A DNA stretch of 64,000 nt, taken from NCBI GenBank assembly GCA_026770705.1, contig JANJGN010000036.1, forward strand, positions 2,728,001-2,792,000, given 5' to 3'. The DNA comes from Isurus oxyrinchus (lineage: Eukaryota). Shown piece after piece: positions 14,201 to 27,320 of this stretch. Position 1 is the stretch's first letter; every line of letters begins with the position of its first letter. The notes beneath the pieces were generated by a model. The model saw nothing but the letters and a program-made list of their open reading frames with translations, was not told where the DNA came from and ran no database searches. The translations under genes were made by a program, and so were the position numbers.

Positions 14201-14482
14201 AGCCGTAAAATTAAAGCTATGTCGATCAGGAGTGATGTCAGGAAGCAATTCGTCACACAAAGGCGACTGTAAATTTGGAGCTCTCTCCCTTCAAAAGCTG
14301 TTGAGGCTGCGGGATCAATTGGAAATATTAAAACTGAGATTAATGGAGTTTTATTGGGTATGCAGATTAAGGATTATAAAACCAAGGTGGGCAGATGGAA
14401 GTTATTATACAGGCCCGCCGTGATCTGATTGAATAGACTGGAGGGTATAAATGGCCTCCTCCTATCCCTATGATGATGTTAA

Positions 14483-15512
14483 AAGCAAAATACTGTGGAT
14501 GCAGGAAATCTGAAACAAAAACATAAATAGCTGGAAAAACCGAGCAATTCTGACAGCATTGGGGGAGAAGAACACAGAGTTAACATTTCGAGTCTGAATG
14601 ACTCTCCATCGGAACCTAGCAATATCGAAATGTGGTAAAATATAAGCCGGTTGTGGGGGTGGGTGTGGGACAGGTAGAGCTGGATAGAGGGCCAGTGATA
14701 GGTCGAGGCAACGAAGAGGTTGCCAAATATGTCATAGACAAAATGGAAAGACGGAGTTGACGGTGGTGATATTATCTAAGGGATGTGCTAATGGTAACAT
14801 TAAGAGTAGAAAGCAGGACAAAAAATGGCAGATGGACCTAGTGAGGGTGAGGTGCGGGAAAGGCATCGGAATGGGTTAAAAGGTGGAGATAAAGTGGTAG
14901 ATCGCCATAAATTTAATAATAGGCGGAAAAAGGAAAATATATTTTAAAAAATAAATTTGGAAAAGGGGGTCAGAAAGGGGGTAGGGATGGAGGAGAGAGT
15001 TCATGATATGCTGATGTTGACGTAAATGTTAAGTTTGGGTGGCTGTAGAATGCATAGTCAGAAGATGAGATGTTGTTCCTCCAGTTAGCGTTGAGCTTCA
15101 CTGGAACATTGCAGCAGGCCAAAGACGGGCATGTGGGCTTGAGAGCAGGGTGGTGTGTTGAAATGGCAAGCGACAGGGAGGTCTGGATCATGCTTTTGAG
15201 CAGACCGAAGGTATTCTGCAAAGCGGTCAGCCAGTCTGCTTTTGGTCTCTCCATTGTAGAGGAGACCACACTGGGAGCAGAGAATGCAGTAGAATAAATT
15301 GAGACAAGCGCTTCACTTGTAGGGAGTGTGTGGGCCCTTGGACGGTGAGGAGGGGGCAAGTAAAGGGGTAGGTGGAACACCTTCTGCGGTTGCATGGGAA
15401 GGTCCCGCGGGAGGGGGTTGAGGTAAAGCTGGTGATAGAAGAGTGGACCAGGGTGTCCGGGAGGGAACAATCCCTGCAGAATACGGCCATGGTGGGGTGA
15501 AGTGAAGATGCA
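14483..15512 (-). mobile_element. Second Penelope-like element 3' fragment
   Basis: Clear nucleotide similarity to 11868-12860 (endonuclease region and terminal repeat). Confidence 0.78.
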
Positions 15513-15614
15513 TTTCAAAAGGGTTCTATGAAACTTGAAGAGAAGGTAGAGCAATCTCAAGTGTGGGACATATGGCGATGTTGCCTAGCAATCAGGGTCC
15601 AGGAAGGAAGGCTC

Positions 15615-15624
15615 ACGCACACAT

Positions 15625-15670
<46 letters not shown>
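15615..15670 (+). repeat. (CA)n microsatellite
   Basis: Direct observation. Other CA/CT arrays at 7800-8195, 45430-45492 and 47345-47697. Confidence 0.95.
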
Positions 15671-15674
<4 letters not shown>

Positions 15675-16424
15675 AAAAAGAGTCAGTTTGTGCTCACTGG
15701 AAAGCAACTGCCAGAGAGAGGCTGGAAAGAGCAGGGCTACCAATACCAAGTCCCAAACTGAAGTCGAAGCCAAGACTCCAGATAAGGAGTCAACTAGGTG
15801 AAGGGACTGCAGAGAGCAAAGTAAATGAAAGTTCTCAAAGCCAAGGAGTGAGACCGAAACGGTACAAAGTCCCAAGAATGCTTTCCAGGCAAATGAAGGA
15901 CGGGAACCTGGTGTGGAATCGATTAGATATGTAGATATGCTCATTTTGCCATGCAATCTACCTGGGGAGTCACAGGAAGAAAGTTCTGTTCACGCTGCAT
16001 CTAAACCTCAGCTCCTCACGGACAAAAAGGGCAGCTGCCAGTGAGGGAGAAACACCATCAGACACCCACTGTGCTGCCACCGGAGAAGGTGGTTAATGAA
16101 CTGAATGACCCAATTCACATCCAAGTTTGATTATTCTTAAATTGAATCATTAATCTGCTCGGAGACTAGTTGAGAGGAAATGGTCCATGAGCCCTTCAGA
16201 GACAAAATTAAAATGGTTTGAAATTTATAATGACGAATTCAAATACTTTAAAGATGGATTTGTAGACGTTTGCTGATTATCAAACTCTGACACTCTTCAC
16301 TGGTAGGATTTATTCTTCAGGATAAATCAGACAGAGGATTTTATAAAGATGTTGCCCAAAATATTGTCTTCAATTTTAGTCGTGGATTATTCGATGAATG
16401 CACTTGTTTTACCGACATTCCGCA

Positions 16425-17715
16425 GTCTAACCTCAGACGTGGGGAAACTATTGGAAGCAAACCTGAGGGACAGAATTGATCTACACTTGGAGAGGCAGGG
16501 GTTAATCAAGCACAGGCAGCATGGTTGTATTAAGGGGAGGTCATGTCTGACCAATTTGATTGAAGTTTTCGAGGAGGTGACCAGGTTTGTAGATGCGGGA
16601 AATCTATCTGATGTAGTCTACTTGGACTTCAGCAATGCTTTTGATAAATTGGATCCAGAATTTACTGAGTGGCAGGAAGCAGTGTGTGATGTTCGAATGG
16701 TGTTTTAGTGACTGGATGCCTGTGTCAAGTGGGATTCCAAAGGGATCGGTATTGGGTTCTTTGCTATTTGTAAACGGTTCAGACTTGAATGTAGGTGGGT
16801 TGATCAGTAAGTTCGCGGATGGCACGAAAATTGGTCAGGTGGTAAACAGTGAGGAGGATAGCCATAGGTTGCAGGAGGATACAGACGGGCTGGTCAGATG
16901 GGCTGATCAGTGGAAAATGGCATTTAATCCAAATAAGTGTGACGTGATGCATTGGGGCTGGACAAGCAAGACAAGGGACTACACGATGAATGGTAGGGCC
17001 CCGGGAATAAGGAGGAGCAGAGGTGCCTTGGTGTGCATGTTCTCCTGTCCATTAATGAAGCGTATCATGTAGGTAAGGTGGTTAAGAAGGCATATTGGAT
17101 ATTTGCCTTTGTTATCCGAGGCATAGTATATAATGGCAGGGAGTTTATGCTGGAACAGAATAGATTGCTCGTTAAGCCACAGCTAGAGTATTGCACGCAG
17201 TTCTGGAATCCACATTAGTGCAATTGCTCTAGAGAGAGTGCTGAGGAGATATATCTGGATGTTACCTGGGCTGGAGAGTTTTAGTTATGAGGAGAGATTG
17301 GATAGACTGGGGTTATTAACTTTGGAGCAGAGATGATTGAGGGGGACATGATTGAGGTGTATAAAATTATGAGGGTCATAGAGAGAGCTGACAGGAAGGG
17401 ACTTTCTCCTTTGGTGGAGGAATCAATAACTTGGGGGCATGGATATAAGCGAAGGAGCAGAAGATGTAGAGGGAATGAAAGGAAGATTTTTTCACCTAGA
17501 AGGCGGTGGGGAGTTGAAACTCATTGCCTGAAAGGGGATTAGAGGCAGAAACCCTGGCAACATTTAAGAAGATTTTGGATGTGCACTTGCGATGCCTTGG
17601 CATACAAGGCTATGTTTATTTCTGGAAAATGGGATTAGAATATTTTGCTACTTGTATGAAGGGCGTATACCCGACGGGGCCAAGGGCCTTTTTCGGTGCC
17701 GTCGACCCCTATGAT
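16425..17715 (+). mobile_element. CR1-type LINE, 5'-truncated and decayed reverse transcriptase
   Basis: QHGCIKGRSCLTNLIEVFEEVT, DVVYLDFSNAFDK, SGIPKGSVLGSLLF, SKFADGTKIG, VKPQLEYCTQFWNPH, GDMIEVYKIM. Confidence 0.9.
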
Positions 17716-20259
17716 ACTATGGCTCTATGACTGCACCCATGTTGGATACCTTTCTGATTCTGAATACGACAAAATTCGGGTCAATGGGGTACAAGTTAAA
17801 TGGTTTGCGTCAGGTCACGAAATTGTTGGTCCCAGCTTCGAGGTTATAACTATTAGGAAAGATTGAGGGTCTTTCTTCTAGAAACGTGGAGGCAGAGGGG
17901 GTGACCTGATAGAGGCCTTTAAAGTTATGAACATATTCGATACGCTAGAAATAATGGCAGTGGGACCAGAACTCGGGACCATCAATATAAGATAGTCACC
18001 AATAAATCCAACCAGGAATGCAGCAGAAATAACTTTACTTGAACAGTGTGGAGAACGTGAAACTCGCTCCCAAAGGTCGCGGTGAATCGCCGAGATGCAC
18101 TGAAAGGGGGAATCAGCATCAACACACGAGTTGTAAGGGATAGAGGATATTTTGATGGTGTGGGATTACAGGAGGTAGGAGGAAGTTACTGTGAAGCGGA
18201 AACAGCTGCACATAGCAGATGGCCCTTGATCCACAGGAATAATTCTGATACAAAGAGACAGGCGGGAGACAGATTCCGGATGAAACAATCACTAAAATAT
18301 TAGCGCCATATTCTTGTTTTTTTTTCAACATGGCGTGTTTTTGTTGAAATCAGAATAAATGAATGTGTTCAGGGTGAATTAAATAGAACACTCGGAACGA
18401 GGGGCATTTCCCCTTTCCGCTCGTAAATGTTCTAAGGAGTAATGTTGTTGAATTCAGCATCATTGCATTTTGGCTGCACTTTGAACCAGCCTGGACTGCG
18501 CACCGCCTGTGACGCGTGTTTACCACGATCTGCAGCGTGTTGTCCTTTGCAGGCAGAGCCGTGTGTGATCTCCTAACCTACAAACAGGCAACCCTCTGCT
18601 AAAACTTACACCATGCTGAATTTTCCAGTGCGCTATTTTAAATGTTTCATGTAAGTTTCCCCCGTGTCCCTGGGGCCAATATTTATCCCCGACAAATATC
18701 ATTAAATGCACGATCTGAGTCATAATCACTTTGTTATTTGTGGGTCTTGCTGAGCGCAATTACGGCTTCCGCATTTCCTTCATAACAACAGAGACTACAC
18801 TTTAAATAAAAAGTCTTCCATTGTCCCTGAAGCGCCTCCTTTACCTCTTGCTCCTGTTATTGTTTCAAATTTAACCCTCAACGTTTGACCCCATTAGCCT
18901 ATATATATTTTACGGTTGTCGCCGATTCCTAATAGCAAGTATTTTCTCTCTCCCTGCCAAAGCAGGACCCATAATATTGATTTTGTACCTCTCAGTTATT
19001 GTATCTCAATCAAATTTGTCCCAGACTTCGGAGGTTCAGAGTCTCTGGCTTGGAAGTAAAGCAAGGTGCATTGTGACACTGCTTAGCTGGCGGTGGTGGG
19101 GACAGGGCGGTAGACTGGTATAAACCGAACCAGCGGACGCATGTGCGACTGGTTTACACGGTAACAGAATACAAAACTACAACAGGGAGATATTCGGGAG
19201 AAGTTCACCAGAATCGACGCTCTATTCTCTGACTATTGCAGGTGTCCGGGCCAGTGATGCGGACATGTATTATTGTGTAGCTACGAAGCTCAGTTGCATG
19301 TCCTTTACGTTTGGAAATCGTTCAAAATGGTTTATCACAGGTACAAATTACGATTAATTTACATTTTGTATCATCAATAATCAGCAAGTTAAGGCCAATG
19401 GTGATCGAATCTCAGCGCCCGATCCCACCACGTTCCCCAATAATCGGCATTTTAACTCCGCCTCCACATGAAATTCTCTCTGTTGGCGGGGACCTATTGG
19501 TGAGTTTGGTGAAGTGTCTGGGTCCCGATTATTTTGCCGTCCGCTGGAATGTTTCCGGACGGGATGCCCAGGGACAGAAGGATTCCAGGACAATCGAGTT
19601 GGACCGAACAGGCACCATCAGAAGTTAAATACTTCTCTGGGCGGAAAATTGAAGCAGCGGCGCTCTCTATACTTAAGCCGTTCAAACTAACTCCAGTGAA
19701 AATCTTCCAATTGATATTATCTCATCTCAGAGACGGAGTTGTTAACAGGTACTTCGTGCTTTTAATGTGCGACCTATTTATTCGTAACAACTCTTTGCAC
19801 ATTTGAACTCCTCCCTTCAATGTGTTTACGTGTCATTTTCCGACCCCTTATCCCGCTATCATGTATCTCATCATTTCAGTATTCATCTATCTGCATTCTT
19901 AAGCCTCCTTTCTAGCTGGAATAATAGCGTATAGAAAGAGAAAATCTATTTTGGCCTGTCAATAATTAAGTAAAATCCCAATTTTCTGTTTACCGTTTCT
20001 TTCTCTCTCGATTCCTGTATTTTATTCTGTGTATTCCGTAGAGCTTCCAGCAACGACGCAGTGCTTTCTGCCCTTTGGCTAAGTGCTAGTGTTTCTGCTC
20101 CAAAGGAACCTCCTCCCACCCCTCTTCATCTCACCCCAGCAACTTATCCTTCCACTCCTTTCTCCTTCATGTGCTTATACAGCGTCACCCATCAATGCAT
20201 CTCTGTAATTCACCTCAGCCACTCCCAGTGGTAACGTGCTCCACATTCTCCCCGCTCCC

Positions 20260-20887
20260 TGTTAGTTGGAAATTAGAAATGTTGTCAGATCACACTAAAA
20301 ATTTACCAAAAAAACACTAAAATCTCCAGGCAGACTAGGCCACTAAATATAGTAAGAGTTGAAGATTACCTGATGAGCATTGCATAACCTTGAGATCCTG
20401 ACTGGGGAGACAATCAGGATATAAATCCGATTAAGTGTACTCTCCTGTCACATAGGGAAGGGGCAGATGGTTTTAGCTTAGATATGGGAGGACATACAAT
20501 AGACAAAGAGGGGACTTTGATGAAACGCAAGCTGTCTTGAGCTGTGGGAACCAGTGTTTTTGAGTATGTGTTTTAATTTTGGATAATCTAATTAAGTATA
20601 CCTGCTTTAGAATAATTGGTTAGCAAAATCACATGTTTATGTACTCAATAGGATAGTTAACATTAGAAGGATGTGTCGGTGACCGATTGGATGTATTCAA
20701 ATGTACTCAAATGTATTATGTTAAGGAAAAGTACAAAAGTAATGAAACACAATAAACCTGGGAGCTGGGTCTTCATTTTTAGGAATGATTGCAGCTACCA
20801 TGCACATGCTTGAATAAAATCGTTCACAGGAATCCTGAGTCTCTGTGGTCGTTGTGTGATCGGGGATAATAACTTCCCCTCTTCAAC
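20260..20887 (+). mobile_element. Possible LTR-like insertion in gene A intron
   Basis: Begins with TG exactly where the A/G paralogous alignment breaks. AATAAA at 20813; ends near ..TTCA before TGG. Confidence 0.3.
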
Positions 20888-21589
20888 TGGCCGATGTGGT
20901 AGTTCCAGGATTGGAGGGAGTACCTTCTTCACTGGTTACCCCACAGACTCCTCTCTGCTCGAAAAAAAGAAGCCAGCCTATCCAAACTTCCCTGATTGTC
21001 ATAACTTCTCAGTTTTGGCATAATTCCAGCAAACCTTTTCTTTTTCGCAATTGCCCCGTGCCTGCATATTCTTTGTATGATATGCAGACCAGAATAATTC
21101 ACAGGACTCTATGTATGGTCTAGCTAAGTTTTGATATAGCTTTAATGCCGCCTTTCTTCTTTTCATTGCTGGGCCTGGTTTTTATCACCTTATTTACCTC
21201 TTTCACTAATTTCAGTCATGTTTGTCTTGTGCCTCAGAGCCCTTTGCTCTTCTTTCCGATTTAATCGCTTGTTTTCCAGTGAGTATTTTGCCCAAACCCT
21301 ATCACTATATCTAACCCAAACCCCAATCATACTCCTTCCTAGTTAAACGGTCCCTATATATCATTTCATCCAAGACAAAGGAAAGGAATCCGCTGGTTGG
21401 CTATAAGGCACTTAGAATTTCATGCCTGGCAGACAAACCCTTAACATCAATTACTATTTTCAATTACTATTTCAAGCTTAACACATTTAGATAGAACCTG
21501 TATGGAGTTCCATAAGGGCTTCATGTGTTTGTGTTTTATAAATGTATCTATGTATCCCTCACTCGCACATGATCTTTTTTCTAACTCTG

Positions 21590-21790
21590 TATCCATCCAT
21601 CTATCTATCTATCTATCTACCTGTCTATCCATCCATCTACCTACCTATCTTTCTTTCTATCTATCTAACGATCTATCTATCTATCTATCTATCTATCCAT
21701 CTATCTATCTAACAATCTATCTATCTATGTATGCATGTATCTATCCATCTATCCACCGCCTCTCTGTCTCTCTCTTTCTTTCTCTCTCTC
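21590..21790 (+). repeat. (CTAT)n/(CT)n microsatellite
   Basis: Direct observation. Paralogous arrays at 62925-63260 and 35590-35730 (inverted). Confidence 0.9.
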
Positions 21791-23669
21791 TCTATAATTC
21801 TCTCACACGCCGTCGACGTGACTGTCTCTCTCTATCTAGCCATCCACCTACCTTCAAATTTGTAAATTTGTTTCGCTTGCCTAATAAATGTCGAATTTTC
21901 ATTTTTATGTGCTTGGTGATGATGGTGACATTCACAGGGCTGACTTCGTTTCGGCATCCCGAGCACCACTTTGTATGTGGTGCTGGATCTCCTTGAACCT
22001 TGTGCAAGAGCCAAAAAGCTCGGGTTGTGGGATTTTTTCTGAAATCCAATGAGATTTTTTCAGTTTACGTTCCCTGCCACTTGCAGTTCCCACTTTCAGG
22101 GAGTTCGTCCGCGGCGAACCTTTCCTTCAGGGGATATTTCTTGTGGCCGGGAGAAGGACTTCCAGGAACCGGCAGTCAGGGATAGATTACAGAGACAATC
22201 TATAACTCTGAGGCGCTCTCAATTCATCCATTAATCACTGGGTTTGTGGCACTTTCAGCTATTTGAATGTGAACTGAGGTCATTTTAACTAAGTATCAAT
22301 TTCATTTTCTAACAGGCATCATGAACAGTGATGCGGAACTTACACATTCCAGAGCAAGGACAGAAAAAAATGCGGTAACTATGGATTTGTTTCCTACAGA
22401 TTCATTTCACTGAATTTTAACCTAAGGTTTAAAATTCATAGTTCATGTTTTATTAGTCTAAGAGATTTTGCATAGTTCACATTGCAAAATAACACTGTTT
22501 ACATGTCATATAACATTGCGACAACAGATCAAAAATATAGACAAGTGTTCAGTTGAATATGTCAAAATTTTTACGTTTTTGTTGGGTAAAGGGTATTAAC
22601 TTTTAGTGAACGAAGGAGAGGAGATTGTGTCCTCTTCACAATTGCAGCCATGAGATGTGGGACATTTCGATTTATCTGGAATTCTCACCTTTAGACCATT
22701 CAGTCCCTCGGCAGAGGAGGAATATTCCAGAAAGCGGCGGCGTCGCCTCCTCGCCCTCCTGACTTTCCTCAGTGAGATTCCCCTGGGGTCCCCCCGCGCA
22801 TCAGGCCTGACTGCGCCCGGGACCGAGACTTATCCCTTCACCCAACAGACTGTCTGATTATTACCACTGTGCTATTTGTGGGATCTTGCTGTGCGCTTAC
22901 TGTTCGCCGCATTTCCGAGAATGCAAGAGTGACCGCCCTTGAAAAAGTAATTCATGTGAAGCGCCTTTATCTCCTTCCTATACCTTTCTTTTTCTCTCTC
23001 TCTTTCTCTCTTTCTTTCTTTGTTTCTTTGTTCCTTCCTCTCCTTCCAGGTCTGATCTCAAATTTAACCCTCAGCGCTTTATCCCCGCTACAGGTCAGGA
23101 ACTGGCGATCCTTCCTGACAGAATGTCCCTGTCACCACGTGACAGGCGGAATGTCTCATTGGTATAAAACAGGTTTTATGTTTCCCTGACATAACAGGAT
23201 GTCTTGTGATGTGTTCTGTCCCCTCAGTGACCGTCTCTCAGGACGTGTTCCCGCAATCTCCGGCCGCTCAGACCGTCTCGGTGGGCAGTAGCTTCAAGGT
23301 GCATTACCACACAGGCTGGTTATCAAGTGGAGCTGTTTACTGGTATAAACAGCGGCACCGAGAGCACCTGCAGTTCGTTCACAAGGTGAGAAAGCACATC
23401 CCTGCAGAGGGAAGGTTTTCAGGAGAAATCAACGACAAATCTACCATTTACTCCCTGGTGATCGAGGAGGTCCAGAGAAATGACTCGGGTGTTTATTACT
23501 GCGCAGCCCGGAAAACCCATGGAATGTCCCTGGTCTTCGGGACCGGCTCCAAATTGTTCACCACAGGTAAAAAAAAAAGAGAAATGAGATTGTTTACTCG
23601 CTTTTTCATTGTTTTTTCCTTCGCTCACGGGATGTGGGTGTTCTGGCTCGGCAAAGCATTTATTACCCA

Positions 23670-23965
23670 TCCCTAATTACCCTTGTTCAGGAGGCATTTA
23701 AGAGAAGGCGTGGATCTGGAGTCAGATGTAGGGTCAGACCGGGTAAGGGTGGCAGATTTCCTTCCCTAAAGGGCATTAGTGAACCAGATAGGGGTTATTT
23801 TCTTAATGATGACAATCGATTCCTTGTCATCATTAGACTTTTAATTCCAGATTCTTATTCCGTTCCAATTCCTCCCTCTGCCGATTCGAAGCCGGGTCCC
23901 CAGAGCATTACTCACTCTCTTGATTATCCCAGCCCAGTGAAAATACCACTCCGCACCATGTCCCC
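23670..23965 (-). mobile_element. tRNA-derived SINE (HE1-like) inserted in the V-C intron of gene B
   Basis: Similar to the reverse complement of 26860-27320. Expands this intron to 464 nt versus 90-102 nt in paralogs. Confidence 0.6.
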
Positions 23966-24559
23966 CAAACTACCAATAACCAGGAATTCATGGTGAATAA
24001 TAATTACATCTTACCTCCCAAACTCGCCAGGTACGCCGACAATATTCCTTTTAGCTCCACCGGTGGAGAAGCTGTTGAGATGGAGACTGTCCCATTGATG
24101 TGTTTGATGACCAACGTGGCCTCTGTTACCCTTTCCGTTCGCTGGAATTTTTCCACGTGGGAGACAGAGGGATGGACGGATTCTGGAACAATCGACTCCG
24201 AAGGGGTGTACAATATAGGAAGCCTCATCAGGGTCCCACCAGGAACGTGCAGCGGGGGCGGGTTCTGCACTTGCTCTGTTCAAATCTCCTCCACTCAAAG
24301 TCTCATCAGTGAAAGGTTCTCATATCAGAGAAGTAACTATTGACATTGTCCCTTTACTGGTATAGTTAATTATTGATGTGAGACTGAATGGTTCGCGACA
24401 CCACATATGTTATCTTAATAGTTGTTCCCTTTCCATGTATATGGACACAGGCACAGATTCGTAGAAAGTCTACAGCACAGGAAGAGGCCATGGTGCCTGC
24501 CTCGTACAAAAACGAGCTACCCAATCCTACTTTCCAACATTTAGTCCGTATTCCTGCAT

Positions 24560-25060
24560 CTTACAGCGCTACAGAAACACATCCGGTTGCCTTTTAAATG
24601 AATTGAGGGTTTCTGCCTCTCCTGCCCTTTCAGCCAGTGAGTCTCAGACCCCTACAACACTCTGGGTGAGAAAAATCTTCCCTCGTCTCCCCTCTAATCT
24701 TTCTACAAATCACTATAAACCTGGACAATGACATCTCTGCTAAAGTAAAAAAAAACATTCACATCCCCTCTATCCAGACTCCACACAATTTTGTACACAT
24801 CAACCCCATCTCCCATCAGCCTCCTCTGCTCCAAGGAGAATAGTCCCAGCCTATCCAATGTTTCTTCATAGCTGAAATTTTCCAGTCGTGGTAACATCCT
24901 TGTCAATTTGTTCTGTATTCTCTCTAATGCAATCAAGCCCTTTCTGTAATGAGATGACCAGAACTGCATACACAACTCACGCTGCAGCCTAACTCATGTT
25001 TAATACAGTTCCAGCATAGCCTCACTGCTCTTGCATCCTAAACCTCGTCAAATAAATGAA
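24560..25060 (-). mobile_element. CR1 LINE 3' fragment in gene B intron
   Basis: QFWSSHYRKGLIALERIQNKLTRMLPRLENFSYEETLDRLGLFSLEQRRL. Confidence 0.8.
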
Positions 25061-26859
25061 AGGACCTCGGGCTAATTACCCGGTCAATTACCTCTTCCGT
25101 ATCTCTCAATGTTTCAGTGTTTAGCTCCCTAAAATTTGAAGCTCATCTGTTTAACTATGCCAGAGATACATGGTGGGAGATGAGGAATCAGGCTGAAATT
25201 TTGCAGTTTAAAATAGGAAAATTGAAATTCAATTTCCAGTTTGAAACTTGAGCAGTATTTTGCTTCTATCCTCCCAAACGCATCCATTACAATACCATCA
25301 ACATGTGCTCTTACCCTCATATAGCTTTTTCCGCCGTGTGTTTAGGAGTTTCTCTGCAATGAGACTTTCCGTTGTAGACATTTCCACATTATAACGATAA
25401 AAGAAGCAAAATACGGCGGATGCTGGAAATCTGAAGCAAAAACAGAAAAAAAAAAGGCCTGGAGAAGGGTCACGCAGACTCGAAATGTTAACTCCGTTTC
25501 TGTTTCCACAGATGCTGTCAGGCCCGCTGAGTTTTTCCAGTATTTTCTATTTTTGTTCCTCATTCTAACCACCCTGAACAAAAAAAAACACGGTTTCCCC
25601 TGAAACGCCAGTTGGGGTTCATAATTTGCAGAAGAGCTGAAATCTCGACATTCCAGGAGACAAAGCGGACTTTGCATTAAATTCAGATTGATACAAGAGT
25701 ATGGGGAGTAGGTCCAAGTAGTGGAGCCGAATTTTGATTCCTTTGGCGAAGAAGAATGTTCTACAATAGATACTAAACCACAAGACAGCAATAACACTAT
25801 CAGAGACAAAGTAAGCCACTTGATTGGCACCTTATAAATACTCACCCTCTGCATGGGCCCAGTGGCAGTAATATCTACCATCTACCAGATGTCCTGCATA
25901 ATCTCGCCATGGTCACGTTGTTCTCTAATCTTATTGTGTTTTCTTGAATGTACCTCTTAGTCCTTGTCTCTTCCAGTCTCGCTCTCTCTCGCCACCAATC
26001 TGTCTATCCCTTTTTATTTTCATATTTTTATTTCACTCGGGTTGTTGATTATACTGGTAAAACTAATTTTGAGTCCCCATCCCTATTTTGAGTGGGCGTT
26101 CGTGTGTATCCTTGAAATTTTGGCAAGGGACAATCCCGTGTAAGGGATTCTTCAATATTGTTTCTCCCCCCACCCCACCCCACCCCCTCACCCCCGCTAC
26201 CCCTACCCCGCCCCTTGCTCAGAGCCGCGAATATCTACTTGTCTCCTGTTGTTTTACAGAAGTTCGTTGGTGATCTTTCTCCTTCTATTGACCTTGACTG
26301 TCGTCGCCGGATGGAGCTACATAAAGCGACATTCAGGTAGGAAGGGCTGTATATTTTGGGGGCTCTACACACCTGAATGAGAGTCGATGCAACCTTTGCC
26401 TCTTTTTGACACGTTAATTAAACCTATCAGGGTAAAAATTACAGACATTTATGCCCTTTTTTATATATCAGGCAACGGGAACTCGGATAAGACATTCACG
26501 GATTCTGGGTCACGTGAACGGAACCAAGAGGTAAATACATGGAGACTTTTTTTGAAGTTTCCTGACGCTGATTTTATACAACAACCTTTATGCGGGATAG
26601 TTATGGTCCCGAAAGTCCACTAAGCTTCTCATAGTCAAAATGGCACCATTTACCATTTTGCTAGAACTGGAAACAGCTGGAAATATACATCTGGAGATTT
26701 AATAGCAGTACTGATATTTAATGATTTTTCAATCGAACGATAACAGGGTTAAATGGTTGAATTATGAGAACAGGTAGCACATATTTGTTGTTTATACTGA
26801 AGAACAAGTCATGTTCCAATTGTAATGATTAAGCTACTTAAATTATCTATGGGTGATGT

Positions 26860-27320
26860 GGTGGCAGAGTGCTATTGTCACTGGGCTACTATTCCAGTGT
26901 AATTACCTGGGTACCCGGGTTCCAATTCCAGCGCAGCAGATGCTTCAATTTGAATTCAATCATAATTTGGAATTCAAAAATCTCGAAACCATGGCTTATT
27001 GTCATAAAACCCTCTGAAGGAGGTCCATATGGACTCGAAATGTTAATTCCGTTTTTTTTCTCTCCACAGATGCTTCTAGACCTGTTGAGTTTTTCAAGCA
27101 TTTTCTGTTTTTGTTTCAGATTTCCAGCATCCGCAGTATTTTGCTTTTATTATATTGTCGTAAAAATCCATATGGTTCATTAATGCCCCAAAGGGGAGGA
27201 AATCTGCCTGACACGTGACTCAAGACCCACAGCAATGTGGTTGACCCTTAACTACAATTAGGGATGGGCACTCAGTGCTCTCCTAGCCAGCGACGCCCAC
27301 ATCCCATGAACGAATAAATA
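26860..27320 (+). mobile_element. tRNA-derived SINE (HE1-like) interrupted by a Penelope terminal fragment (about 27010-27150)
   Basis: A-box-like gtggtggcagagtg, B-box-like gggttccaattcc, and tail gggatgggca...cccacatcccatgaacgaataaa. Confidence 0.6.

Larger units (their letters stand above)
18996..22374 (+). pseudogene. Gene A: type I VJ-C1-TM receptor pseudogene
   Basis: V 18996-19340 has frameshifts and a TAG but retains DADMYYC and FGNRSKWFIT. C1 19432-19734 has acceptor AG>AC, first Cys lost and a TAA. TM 22064-22179 is frameshifted with a dead donor. Cyt1 is at 22316-22374. A degenerate leader lies near 18590-18628. Terminal exon not found. Confidence 0.85.

Noticed and set aside
21945-21990. 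Hairpin next to GAAAC on the minus strand as a hammerhead
   Set aside because: No CUGANGA-like core upstream.
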